Shown here: positions 39,213 to 48,493 of the stretch, piece by piece
How the letters are laid out: each line of letters begins with the position of its first letter
How positions within the stretch are numbered: the stretch's first letter is position 1
Origin: an uncultured bacterium
Lineage (GTDB): Bacteria; Babelota; Babeliae; Babelales; Babelaceae
Direction: 5' to 3'
Length of the DNA: 64,000 nt
Assembly (NCBI GenBank): GCA_963824495.1
Contig: CAWGPQ010000008.1
Location: 56,642 to 120,641 of the forward strand
Position numbers and translations under genes: made by a program
Notes under the pieces: generated by a model
Database searches by the model: none
What the model saw: the letters and a program-made list of their open reading frames with translations, nothing else
What the model was told of the DNA's origin: nothing

Positions 39213-40162
39213 GCTGGCAATCGTGATAGCCTATCGGCCACAAGCGCTCGCAAACAGGCAAAATAATACTGCGCATCAAGCGTCAGTTTTGTAGACTCTA
39301 TAGCACGATGAGCAGCATCTTCCATGAGCGGTTGCGCGGTTCGCCGTAGGTGATAGACAAGCTGCTGTAGCTCCGGTCTTTTTGCAACCTCCTCGACCAT
39401 ATCAGAAAATTCGCCTGAAGGCCCAAGTGCAGGCTCACGCAAAAGAAAATCTTCTTCAGAAGCTAAAAATCTTGCAAGAAGATGTATATCAGCGCTCGGC
39501 GCACTGTCAAGATATGCTGTTAATTGCGGCATAACGCGAGAGCAGGCTTGGATGCCTGCATTTGAGTTAGCAAGTTCCTCTCGTACACTTTGATAAAACT
39601 TTTCACCCTCTATCGTTAATCTGCTCGATCCAGGTAGTGCAGGCTGAGGTTGGCGCGTAAACTGCTGAGCATATTCTTGAAGGTCATGAATAACATGACG
39701 TGCCGACTGCGAAAGTGACTCATAAAGCCCAACGGGAGCCGGTCTTACGGCTTGGTACCACGAACGATAGTATCCAAGATACTTCATCAAAAGCGCAAGA
39801 TCTTCAGGTGTTGCTTGACCAAGATAGCGTGCAAGCGTCTGCTGCCACTCAGGCGTTTTATCAACAAGATTTTTCCAGGGCTTAATACCCCGAGGATATT
39901 TTTTAATACAGGCGATGTAATAGTAACGATCATATGCTGTACCCGTTTTTGGATCGATCAAAGATTCTCCAGGAGTGGTATAATAAACACCTTGTGGGTC
40001 ACCATACTGTGTAAGATTATGTTGATATATCCATTGATCAATTAAGTGTTTTTCCTGATCGGTAATGCTACACTCTTGAGCAAAAACCCGAACAACCAAA
40101 GCAAGTGAAAGAATGAGGATACTCGTGTAAACACCCATAATCCAATAGTAAAGTTTCATCAT
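39209..40162 (-). CDS. Hypothetical membrane-anchored/secreted protein
   Basis: N-terminal TM YYWIMGVYTSILILSLALVVRVFA. No recognisable domain. Its stop codon overlaps the stop of 38364-39212 in the palindrome TTAA. Confidence 0.5.
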   Translation of the reverse strand: MMKLYYWIMGVYTSILILSLALVVRVFAQECSITDQEKHLIDQWIYQHNLTQYGDPQGVYYTTPGESLIDPKTGTAYDRYYYIACIKKYPRGIKPWKNLVDKTPEWQQTLARYLGQATPEDLALLMKYLGYYRSWYQAVRPAPVGLYESLSQSARHVIHDLQEYAQQFTRQPQPALPGSSRLTIEGEKFYQSVREELANSNAGIQACSRVMPQLTAYLDSAPSADIHLLARFLASEEDFLLREPALGPSGEFSDMVEEVAKRPELQQLVYHLRRTAQPLMEDAAHRAIESTKLTLDAQYYFACLRALVADRLSRLPA

Positions 40163-40376
40163 TACGCTTCTCTCTTATGTTCTCTTATGTTACAGATACA
40201 GTATTACTACATGATCACTACATGCTCTTACCGGCGCAATAAGAATTATTGCATATAAAAATGACAATTTTTTGCCCACTATTTCTTCCTATTGTTAAAA
40301 ATAAAGCAAAGTATATAAATAATTTTAGTAGTAGGGAAAAATAGATGTCAACAGTTTCAGACATATACAGCAAAAA

Positions 40377-40892
40377 TTAGTGTGGACACAGTATCTTATC
40401 AAAGAGCTGATTCCCCGATTCGTCATAGCCATCAAGACAACCATCTCCACAGCTACATACATATCTGGTAGTAGTTATATTTTTAGAAATATTTGGAAGA
40501 TATTCTTTACAGCTTGCACCATAGATCAGCCGTTTCCCATCTACATCAACACTACCATCTGGTTGAATAGTAATAGCACGATCAAGACAGAGCAGAGGGA
40601 GTGACGCCAACCCCAATCTCGAAACAGAAGTTGGCTTATTCGAGTCTAGCCCTATCGATTCTAAGCAATAGAGTTTTTGATATCCTGTTGTCGAAAATAT
40701 ATGATTTTGAACACCAGCATCAACAGTTTCAGTGTGATCTGCATTAGGGCATGCACCAAAATGAAAGTTAACCTTTACCTGTTTGTTCATAGTATTAGAT
40801 ATGGTATACGTATAAGCTTGAACTTGAGAGATAAAGCTACCAAGATAGGCTATACTCAGCATCCACCATAATAACCACAAGTTTTTATGCAC
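40377..40892 (-). CDS. Small Cys-rich secreted protein (tandem copy 1; GTG start at 40892 or ATG at 40931)
   Basis: Collinear with 41037-41552, including the upstream non-coding sequence. The paralogue's ATG aligns with GTG at 40890-40892. 8 Cys, including CSCGDGC. Confidence 0.65.
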   Translation of the reverse strand: MHKNLWLLWWMLSIAYLGSFISQVQAYTYTISNTMNKQVKVNFHFGACPNADHTETVDAGVQNHIFSTTGYQKLYCLESIGLDSNKPTSVSRLGLASLPLLCLDRAITIQPDGSVDVDGKRLIYGASCKEYLPNISKNITTTRYVCSCGDGCLDGYDESGNQLFDKILCPH

Positions 40893-41036
40893 ACTCTTAC
40901 TCTCTTTAATAATAATTAAAATTTTATTCACTAATATCAGTATAGATATTTACTTATAGGAATTTCAAGAGTACTATAAGCACTACGGCGAACAGCCTAC
41001 ACTGAGCAGCAACATCACGGTGAGTCCACGGTGGAG

Positions 41037-41552
41037 TCACCGTGGGCACTGTATCTTATCAAACAGCAGATTTCCTGATTCATCATAGACATCAAGACAG
41101 CCATCCCCACAACTACATGCGTATCTGGCAGGCACAGGCTTAGAACTATTTGAACGATATTCTTTACAACTTGAGCCATAGATGAGCCGTGCCCCATCTA
41201 CATCAACACTACCATCTGGTTGAATGGTAATAGTCCGGTCAGAGCAAAGTACAGTACCAAATAATGTCGATGCCCATAATTTCGCAACAGAAGTTGGCTT
41301 ATTCGAGTCTAACCCTATTGATGCTAAGCAACAGGGCTTTTGATACCACTTAGGCGAAAATATATGATTTTGAACACCGGCATCAATTGTTTCAGTTTGA
41401 TCTGGATTAATGCAGGCAGCAAAATGAAAGTTAACTTTTACTTGTTTGTTCATAGTATTAGATATGGTATACGTATAAGCTTGAGCTTGAGAGATAAAGC
41501 TACCAAGATAGGCTATACTTAGTATCCGCCATAACCATAAGTTTTTATTCAT
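41037..41552 (-). CDS. Small Cys-rich secreted protein (tandem copy 2)
   Basis: Leader MNKNLWLWRILSIAYLGSFISQAQA, then YTYTISNTMNKQVKVNFHF..., CSCGDGCLD and ...FDKIQCPR. Confidence 0.7.
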   Translation of the reverse strand: MNKNLWLWRILSIAYLGSFISQAQAYTYTISNTMNKQVKVNFHFAACINPDQTETIDAGVQNHIFSPKWYQKPCCLASIGLDSNKPTSVAKLWASTLFGTVLCSDRTITIQPDGSVDVDGARLIYGSSCKEYRSNSSKPVPARYACSCGDGCLDVYDESGNLLFDKIQCPR

Positions 41553-41660
41553 ACGCTTACTCTCTTTAAATAATTAAAAATTTCTTTATTTATTAATAAT
41601 AGTATAAAATATTGCTTACAGAAATTTCAAGGATATTTTGAGCACTACCAAAAATGTGCT

Positions 41661-43310
41661 CTACATGCGGCTGGGGGCATGGACACCAATAAGCCTCAAG
41701 CACAGGGCAAATGTTTTTTGAAGCTCTTGTATTAAAAGAAGGCGGCCTCTGCTTTGGGTAACACGTGCTTGATCAATAACCCGATGTACTCCATAGTAAC
41801 GGTGAAATGCTTGAGCAAGCTCAAGGACATAATAGGTAAGTAAATGCGTCTGATAATTATGACTAATATTTTTCAGCAACGCTTTGAGTGAAATAATTTT
41901 TTTCAGCAAAAGCGCTTCGTCTAAACCAATGCCAGAACTATCATTAATGGTCAGGTTTCTTAGTTCAATACTATCAGCCGCTTTCTCTAAAATACTTTTG
42001 GTTCTCACATAGGCATACTGGATATAATATACTGGATTTTCTTCAGTATGCTTAAGGGCAAGATCAATATCAAAGTCTAAATGGGCATCTGCTTTTTTGT
42101 TGAGATAAAAAAATCGAGCAATATCACTTCCAACCGTCTCAACAACATCTTTAAGCGTTACAATACGACCGGCACGTTTTGACATACGTACGGTTGTCCC
42201 CATTTCTTTAATGGTAACAAGTTGATAAAGAATAATATCGAGATGATCTGGATTATACCCCAAAGCCTGCATAACGGCTTTTAGACGCACAACGTAACTA
42301 TGATGATCTTGGCCCAAGACCATAACTAATCGATTGGCCCCACGTTCCAGCTTATTTTGTAGATAGGCTATATCTGCAGCAATATACGTCAGCTCTCCCG
42401 AACTTTTACGCAACACACGATCTTTATCATCCCCAAAGTCCGTTGAACGAAACCATAAAGCACCTTCACGCTCATAGGCATAACCCTTGTCTATCAGTAT
42501 CTCTAGAGCTTGGGTAATGGCACCACGTTCGTGCAATGATTTTTCTGAGAACCATACGTCGAATATAATACCGTACTCAACAAGCGTTTCTTTGATCTCA
42601 TTAAGCAGGTATTCTTTGGCATAGTGCTCAAAAAAGCTCTCTGGTTTTTCGAGCACTTGAGCTCCGTACTGATGAACAAGCCGCTGCGCAAGCTCTTGTA
42701 AATATTCTCCCTGGTATCCATCTTCAGGCATCACAACATCATAACCAACTTGCTGTTGACAACGAACTTTAAGTGAATTACCCAGCCGTTGAATCTGTAG
42801 GCCTGCGTCATTAGTATAAAATTCTTTTGTAACAGTATGCCCCAGAAAACGTAAAATATTGCCCAATACATCACCTATAATGCCTCCGCGACCATGCCCT
42901 ATATGTAATGGTCCAGTAGGATTAGCACTGACAAATTCAAGTGAATAGTTTAAAACCTGCTCAGTACTTTCTAAAGCAAAAAACTGTTCACCTTCATGCA
43001 TAAGCTCACGCAAAAGCTCTTGAAAGGCTGCTGGGGTCAAAAATAGGTTAATAAACCCTGGGCCTGCTTGTTCACTACGCATAACATATTCTTGCTTGAA
43101 GTCAGCAATAACCTGTTCAGCAATATCCCGTGGATTGCGCTGCAGCATTTTACTGATCAACAAAGCATAGTTTGTTGTGAGGTCACCAAATTGCTGCTTA
43201 TGAGGGTCGGTAGTAAGAACCAGATCGGGTACTATATCAAAAGCGTATGCCGGAAATAACTTTTTTGTATGAGCAACAAGAGCAGCTTGAATATGTTCAA
43301 TTACGTTCAT
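41661..43310 (-). CDS. argS: Arginine--tRNA ligase
   Basis: 549 aa with the class I HIGH motif region SANPTGPLHIGHGRGG. Length and layout are ArgS-like and the protein ends in M. Confidence 0.9.
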   Translation of the reverse strand: MNVIEHIQAALVAHTKKLFPAYAFDIVPDLVLTTDPHKQQFGDLTTNYALLISKMLQRNPRDIAEQVIADFKQEYVMRSEQAGPGFINLFLTPAAFQELLRELMHEGEQFFALESTEQVLNYSLEFVSANPTGPLHIGHGRGGIIGDVLGNILRFLGHTVTKEFYTNDAGLQIQRLGNSLKVRCQQQVGYDVVMPEDGYQGEYLQELAQRLVHQYGAQVLEKPESFFEHYAKEYLLNEIKETLVEYGIIFDVWFSEKSLHERGAITQALEILIDKGYAYEREGALWFRSTDFGDDKDRVLRKSSGELTYIAADIAYLQNKLERGANRLVMVLGQDHHSYVVRLKAVMQALGYNPDHLDIILYQLVTIKEMGTTVRMSKRAGRIVTLKDVVETVGSDIARFFYLNKKADAHLDFDIDLALKHTEENPVYYIQYAYVRTKSILEKAADSIELRNLTINDSSGIGLDEALLLKKIISLKALLKNISHNYQTHLLTYYVLELAQAFHRYYGVHRVIDQARVTQSRGRLLLIQELQKTFALCLRLIGVHAPSRM

Positions 43311-43602
43311 GTAAAATTCCTCAACCTACGCGCAATGGGCAAAAGCTATGCTATTAGAATAGCAAGAGTAAGCACGTTTGGAAAGACAGGGAAATCGCAT
43401 GACTATACCGTAGCCATAAGAGTTTTTACCAAAAAAATTAAAATCACATGCCCGGTGAGGCCTTTGCAAAGAGTGCTTCCAGAGACTTGTTACCCTAACG
43501 CGAATTCAACACAAGAGAAGATAGGCTTTCTTGCTTAATTGCTTATAGCTTTAGACAAAAGGCCTACAATAGTTTCACATGACGCTTTGCTCATCCTTAA
43601 AC

Positions 43603-45012
43603 TTAAGAACGTGATACTGCTGGAGATACATGACCAGGGGCCTGCGCAAACTGGGCAATTATATCAGCTATCTCAGACGGAAGAGGTTGCTCCTGACCTA
43701 CTGGTTGCCATGCAAGCTGTCCCGTACGACCTAATCGTGACACTCTACCAAATACAGCACGACCAGCTTCTCTTCCTAATAAGTCAACAATAGCAGAACG
43801 ATGATATTGGCGAGCGAGACCCAGAGGAGTCTGACCGTCTCGGTTAACAAGAGTAGCGTTAGCACCACGCGCAAGTAAGAGTCTAACGGTACTCAAGTTA
43901 CCATTACGAGCTGCTAAGTGTAACGGCGTATTACCCTCTACATTTCGTAGGTTAATATTTGCACCAAAATCAAGTAATAGTTTTATTATGTCGTCATGTC
44001 CTTGAGCAGCAGCCCAATGTAACGCTGTCATACCATGACTATCTGGATGGTTAATGTTAATTTGAGGGGGTATCATTGGGGCCAGTATGGCATAAGAAGC
44101 AAGCAGTTTACGCAATTGAGCAATCAACGATTTGGTCTGAGGTGATTGTGGTTGAGCCTGGGGTAAAGTAGAAAGTAATACTACCACGCGCTTGGTATCG
44201 CCCCGGGCGGCCGCATAAGCAAGCTCATTACCTTCAAATACAGCACTTAAAGCTTGCCCTGCGTATTCTGGATTGTGGAATCTTAAGATTCCCCTTTGAG
44301 CATATCTTTGAAGATCCCCTTCAGTTGGTATTGTTGCCCCATGCTCTATAAGCAATCGAGCAGTTGCCAGCAATTGAGCGTAAAATGAATCCGGTAGTCG
44401 CGTCATGTTTATAAGACTGAGTATAAGAGCATCATTGCCCCCATCATTGGTGTGATTAATATCAGCTCCACGCTCTATGAGCATTTTAACTATGTCTATA
44501 TATCCCCTTGTCGCTGCCCATATAAGAGCAGTGTTGCCTTCATGATCAGCATGATTAATATCAGCACCAGCTTTTAAAAGCAATCTAACTGTCTGTGTAT
44601 AGCCCAACATTGCTGCCTCCATAAGGGCACTGTGACCAAAGTTATCAGCCTCATTAGGGTCAGCACCAGCTTCTATAAGTATTTTAACTATATTTATGCG
44701 TCCCTTATCCATTGCAAATAGAAGGGGATAACCACGATTAGCATCAGCTTTATGCTCTAAAAGCACTCTAACTATACCTTCATGTCCATCTCTAGCTGCC
44801 AATGAAAGAGCTGTCATGTCCTCATTAGTGGCATGATTAACGTCAGCACCCTTGCTAAGTGCAGCTTCGACTCCTTCAAGATTTCCACTTTTAACTGCAT
44901 TTATCAATTCTTGGTTGGCATCAAGATTTTGCTGAACTTCCATACATTCCAAGAGCAGGGCATTACATAGCCACAGGCTAATCGTGAGTAATTTTATAGT
45001 AATTTTAATCAT
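43603..45012 (-). CDS. Secreted ankyrin-repeat protein, family-A tail
   Basis: Leader MIKITIKLLTISLWLCNALLLEC, about 9 ANK repeats. Tail AVFGRVSRLGRTGQLAWQ...LPSEIADIIAQFAQAPG. Confidence 0.85.
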   Translation of the reverse strand: MIKITIKLLTISLWLCNALLLECMEVQQNLDANQELINAVKSGNLEGVEAALSKGADVNHATNEDMTALSLAARDGHEGIVRVLLEHKADANRGYPLLFAMDKGRINIVKILIEAGADPNEADNFGHSALMEAAMLGYTQTVRLLLKAGADINHADHEGNTALIWAATRGYIDIVKMLIERGADINHTNDGGNDALILSLINMTRLPDSFYAQLLATARLLIEHGATIPTEGDLQRYAQRGILRFHNPEYAGQALSAVFEGNELAYAAARGDTKRVVVLLSTLPQAQPQSPQTKSLIAQLRKLLASYAILAPMIPPQININHPDSHGMTALHWAAAQGHDDIIKLLLDFGANINLRNVEGNTPLHLAARNGNLSTVRLLLARGANATLVNRDGQTPLGLARQYHRSAIVDLLGREAGRAVFGRVSRLGRTGQLAWQPVGQEQPLPSEIADIIAQFAQAPGHVSPAVSRS

Positions 45013-45267
45013 AGCATAATCCTTTGTATAACCATTTATAATATATTTCTATTTTTTATTATGCGAAACAACAAGCGATAAAGTCAACAAAATTGAAAGC
45101 ACCTTAAAGCTGCTCTTTTGTAAGCTATTTTAGATTAAGGTAAATGCATTGCCTATAATACCCACCCAAATAGAGATGAAGGGAACCTTTGATTTATTTT
45201 AAAGTGCTCGATATACTTAATGGCCGTTAAGCACTCTATTTCTCACCTTTTATCTTTAAGGGAAAAC

Positions 45268-46380
45268 ATGAACGTATGCCGAAAGATAACTACTCTTGTC
45301 GCAACGTGCTCTCTTGTCAACAGTGGCCTGATGATCGCACAGACTGAACAACCCGAGCACGAACTACCAATCGCCGCTGTTATACAAGAAGCCCCTACAA
45401 TTAACGAACCAGCCCTCTCATCAACAATAACTCCCGAGGCACAACAGGTAACGCCTTTGGTGGGAGCTATTCACGAACGTGACCCATTAAACCCAGATGC
45501 CCTGCTTGACCACGGTATCGCCCATTTTGTACCCGAAGTAGCAATAGAGCAACATAACGCAGTGGTTATTGACGAGCCAGCTCTTGAACCAACAACAATA
45601 CCTACGGTAACAAGTGAAGCACAGCCTGAGAGCGCTCCAGTAGAAAGCGAAAGCCCTGAAGCCATCACCATCGAACACGAAGTAGTATTTTCGCAAGAGA
45701 CAGTAAACCAAGAAGTCGCTCCAAGCATTATCACGCATGAAACAGTCGTGATTGATGAACCAGTTCTTGAACCAATAGTACCTGCCGTAACCACGGTGAC
45801 TACTGAAGCACAGCCCGAAGCTCCTGCTCAAGAACAACCGCTTACTAATGAGCTTATTGAAGCGGTAAAAAGCTTTGACCACGAGCGCTTAATTGACCTA
45901 CTAGAACAAGACATAGATACCAATACACCTGGTGTACGTGGCATAAGTGCCCTTACCTGTGCAGCAGCTCTGGGAAATAATCAAGGAGCAGAAATTCTTA
46001 TAGGGCATGGTGCGAATGTTGACCTTGTTGATGAATATGGTAATACACCGTTGCATTGGGCAGCTGCCAATGGTCAATTACCACTTGTTGGCCTCTTGGT
46101 TAGTAACGGTGCTGATGTTACTCATACCAATAGGTATGGCAATACTGCTTTTGATTGTGCTCGTAATAATAATCATGCCGATATCGCTGATTTCTTCGCT
46201 GCCAATTATCCAGCAGCATTTTCGACTACCCTCAAAGCTACAGATCAAGTAAAAGCTATGACCAGCGAACTTGACGAAGTCGATTTTGACAATGAATATG
46301 AAGAATATCGGGATATTTCTGATATAGATTTTGATGCAGACGAAGATTTTGTAAGCGATATGAACGATACTGATTATTAA
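45268..46380 (+). CDS. Secreted protein with Pro/Glu/Thr-rich tandem repeats, 2-3 ANK repeats and an acidic tail
   Basis: ATG at 45268 with AAGGGA upstream gives the leader MNVCRKITTLVATCSLVNSGLMIA. Repeat VVIDEP(A/V)LEP...(T/S)EAQPE occurs twice. ANK units GISALTCAAALGNNQGAEILIGHGANV and GNTPLHWAAANGQLPLVGLLVSNGADV. The tail is rich in D/E. Confidence 0.75.
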   Translation: MNVCRKITTLVATCSLVNSGLMIAQTEQPEHELPIAAVIQEAPTINEPALSSTITPEAQQVTPLVGAIHERDPLNPDALLDHGIAHFVPEVAIEQHNAVVIDEPALEPTTIPTVTSEAQPESAPVESESPEAITIEHEVVFSQETVNQEVAPSIITHETVVIDEPVLEPIVPAVTTVTTEAQPEAPAQEQPLTNELIEAVKSFDHERLIDLLEQDIDTNTPGVRGISALTCAAALGNNQGAEILIGHGANVDLVDEYGNTPLHWAAANGQLPLVGLLVSNGADVTHTNRYGNTAFDCARNNNHADIADFFAANYPAAFSTTLKATDQVKAMTSELDEVDFDNEYEEYRDISDIDFDADEDFVSDMNDTDY

Positions 46381-46409
46381 GTTTACATAAAAGCTTTGAA
46401 AAGCTTACA

Positions 46410-46436
46410 AGGGCAGGTAACACTGCCCTATTTTTT
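46410..46436 (+). terminator. Rho-independent terminator after 45268-46380
   Basis: AGGGCAG-gtaaca-CTGCCCT followed by aTTTTTT, 30 nt after the stop codon. Confidence 0.65.
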
Positions 46437-46797
46437 GATACTATAAGCTGACAAAAAGCCCCGTCGTGGAGCATATCGGTTGTTATGATAGAAAAGGAGT
46501 ACTTAAGCTATCAAAGGGTTGTCCACGACAGGGTCAGCTCAGTTCATATGGTAGCGTAGCACACATGTAACGCAAATTGCAATTTCTATAATTTAACAAA
46601 ACTTAAGTATACCTACTATCTAGTAATTTTCAAGGGTTTGCCAACGTGCTATTAGTCAAAAAAAGCCTATAGTTGTAGCTAGTAAGGCTTTTGGGTTCGC
46701 TATAGTATTCTCTGGCATATATTTTTGAATATACTATTGTATAAAAATATGCTATACTTTTGTGTTGTTTAATTAAAATAGGTTGGTTAAAAGAATT

Positions 46798-47856
46798 ATG
46801 AATATAGCAGTACTAGTTTCAGGTGGTGTCGATAGCTCTGTTGCTTTAAGACTATTACAAGAGCAAGGACACACTGTTACTGCTTTTTACTTGAAGATTT
46901 GGTTAGAAGATGAGCTCTCCTTCCTGGGTACATGCCCATGGGAGGAAGATCTTGCTTACGTTCGTGCTGTTTGTTCACAAGCAGGGGTTCCTCTTGAAAT
47001 CATCTCGTTACAAAAAGAATACTGGGATGAAGTAGTTTCGTATACACTCCATGAGATACGGCTAGGGCGTACACCCAACCCTGATATACTGTGCAATCAA
47101 AGCATTAAATTCGGAGCTTTTTATACAAAGATTGATTCAAGTTTTGATAAAGTAGCTACCGGTCATTATGCACAAGTGCATGAACAGGATGGCATCTTTT
47201 TGCTCAAAAAATCACCTGATCTTATTAAAGACCAGACTTACTTTCTTGCGCATCTTAAGCAGGATCAGCTCGCCCGCGCTCTTTTTCCCATTGGGCATTT
47301 ACGTAAAGAAGAAGTTCGTGAGTACGCGCACCGTTATGATTTGCCAACCAAATTACGTAAAGATAGTCAAGGTATCTGCTTTTTAGGAAAGCTCAAGTTC
47401 AATGATTTTATACGCTATCATGTCGGGGACCGCCCCGGCAAGCTTATCGAGTATGAAACAGGGAAACTTCTTGGTGAGCATCAGGGGTTTTGGTACTACA
47501 CTATAGGTCAACGTCAAGGATTACGTCTTGCCGGTGGTCCATGGTATGTTGTTGCCAAAAATCCTCAAGACAATATCATATATATTTCTCGATCATACTA
47601 CGCTGATGATAAAGTACGTGATACATTTACGGGCGAGGACTGCAGTTGGATCTCGGGCCAACTTCCAAAGAATCGACAGGTGGAGGTTAAACTACGGCAT
47701 GGGCCCTCAAGTGCTCAATGCACCCTTGAGCTTTTAAATGCCAATCGCTGTATCGTTAAGCTTGGTGATCGTGACCAAGGCATAGCACCAGGACAATGTG
47801 CTGTATTTTATGATGGCGATACCTGCTTAGGCTGTAGCACAATTGCTGCTGGTTAA
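46798..47856 (+). CDS. mnmA: tRNA 2-thiouridine(34) synthase MnmA
   Basis: PP-loop VLVSGGVDSSVA and KDQTYFL, about 350 aa. ATG at 46798 is preferred over TTG at 46783. Confidence 0.9.
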   Translation: MNIAVLVSGGVDSSVALRLLQEQGHTVTAFYLKIWLEDELSFLGTCPWEEDLAYVRAVCSQAGVPLEIISLQKEYWDEVVSYTLHEIRLGRTPNPDILCNQSIKFGAFYTKIDSSFDKVATGHYAQVHEQDGIFLLKKSPDLIKDQTYFLAHLKQDQLARALFPIGHLRKEEVREYAHRYDLPTKLRKDSQGICFLGKLKFNDFIRYHVGDRPGKLIEYETGKLLGEHQGFWYYTIGQRQGLRLAGGPWYVVAKNPQDNIIYISRSYYADDKVRDTFTGEDCSWISGQLPKNRQVEVKLRHGPSSAQCTLELLNANRCIVKLGDRDQGIAPGQCAVFYDGDTCLGCSTIAAG

Positions 47857-47917
47857 AAGAACATAAGTCAAGTATACTAATAATAAGGGGCATGAACGCC
47901 TAAGGTGGTTTTTTCCA

Positions 47918-48493
47918 ATGCATAAAAGCTCAAAGAAACTTACAATATCAACAGGATTTACGATTCTTCGCATTATGCTCATACCAAGCATTATCGGTAC
48001 CATGATACATCATCAATGGGGTTTTGCTTGTATATTATTTAGTATAGCATCACTTACTGACTTACTCGACGGAGCGTTTGCCCGCCTTCTTGATGAGCAT
48101 ACACTTTTAGGAGCATACTTAGATCCTATCGCTGACAAACTTCTCTTGCTGTCCTGTTATAGCGCTCTGGCATTCGTTAATTCATCCTTATTTACGATAC
48201 CCGTATGGTTTGTTTATGTAATATTAATTAAAGAGCTGTTTCTTGTTTTTGGTACTGCCTACGTTTGCCTGGTCCAGCGCTGCATAACGGTAAAACCTAC
48301 ACTATTAGGCAAACTTACCGCCGTAGTACAGATGTGCTTTATTATGAGCATTATCTTTTGTTCCTGGCTTTACTGGCTGCCAAACCTGCTCTTACATACC
48401 TTTTTGTGGCTTGTTTTAGCACTATCACTAGCGTCATGTATACAATATAGCATTATTGGATTTAGAGGATTACGACTATGCTTTTCAAAATAA
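47918..48493 (+). CDS. pgsA: CDP-alcohol phosphatidyltransferase (PgsA-like)
   Basis: DLLDGAFARLLDEHTLLGAYLDPIADKLL matches D-x2-DG-x2-AR-x8-G-x3-D-x3-D. 191 aa, polytopic. Confidence 0.85.
   Translation: MHKSSKKLTISTGFTILRIMLIPSIIGTMIHHQWGFACILFSIASLTDLLDGAFARLLDEHTLLGAYLDPIADKLLLLSCYSALAFVNSSLFTIPVWFVYVILIKELFLVFGTAYVCLVQRCITVKPTLLGKLTAVVQMCFIMSIIFCSWLYWLPNLLLHTFLWLVLALSLASCIQYSIIGFRGLRLCFSK

Noticed and set aside
43603-43700. Calling the ANK tails a bona fide F-box/PRANC domain.
   Set aside because: Only the first helix-like LP.EIA..IAQF element is present and the protein ends about 10 aa later. A full F-box needs about 40 aa with three helices. The idea is kept only as a hypothesis within the tail-module finding.
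43269-43793. ORFs 43269-43538 and 43539-43793 in and around the argS/ANK intergenic region.
   Set aside because: There are no motifs and the composition is odd. The second ORF is antisense to the 3' end of the ANK gene 43603-45012. They are probably non-coding.
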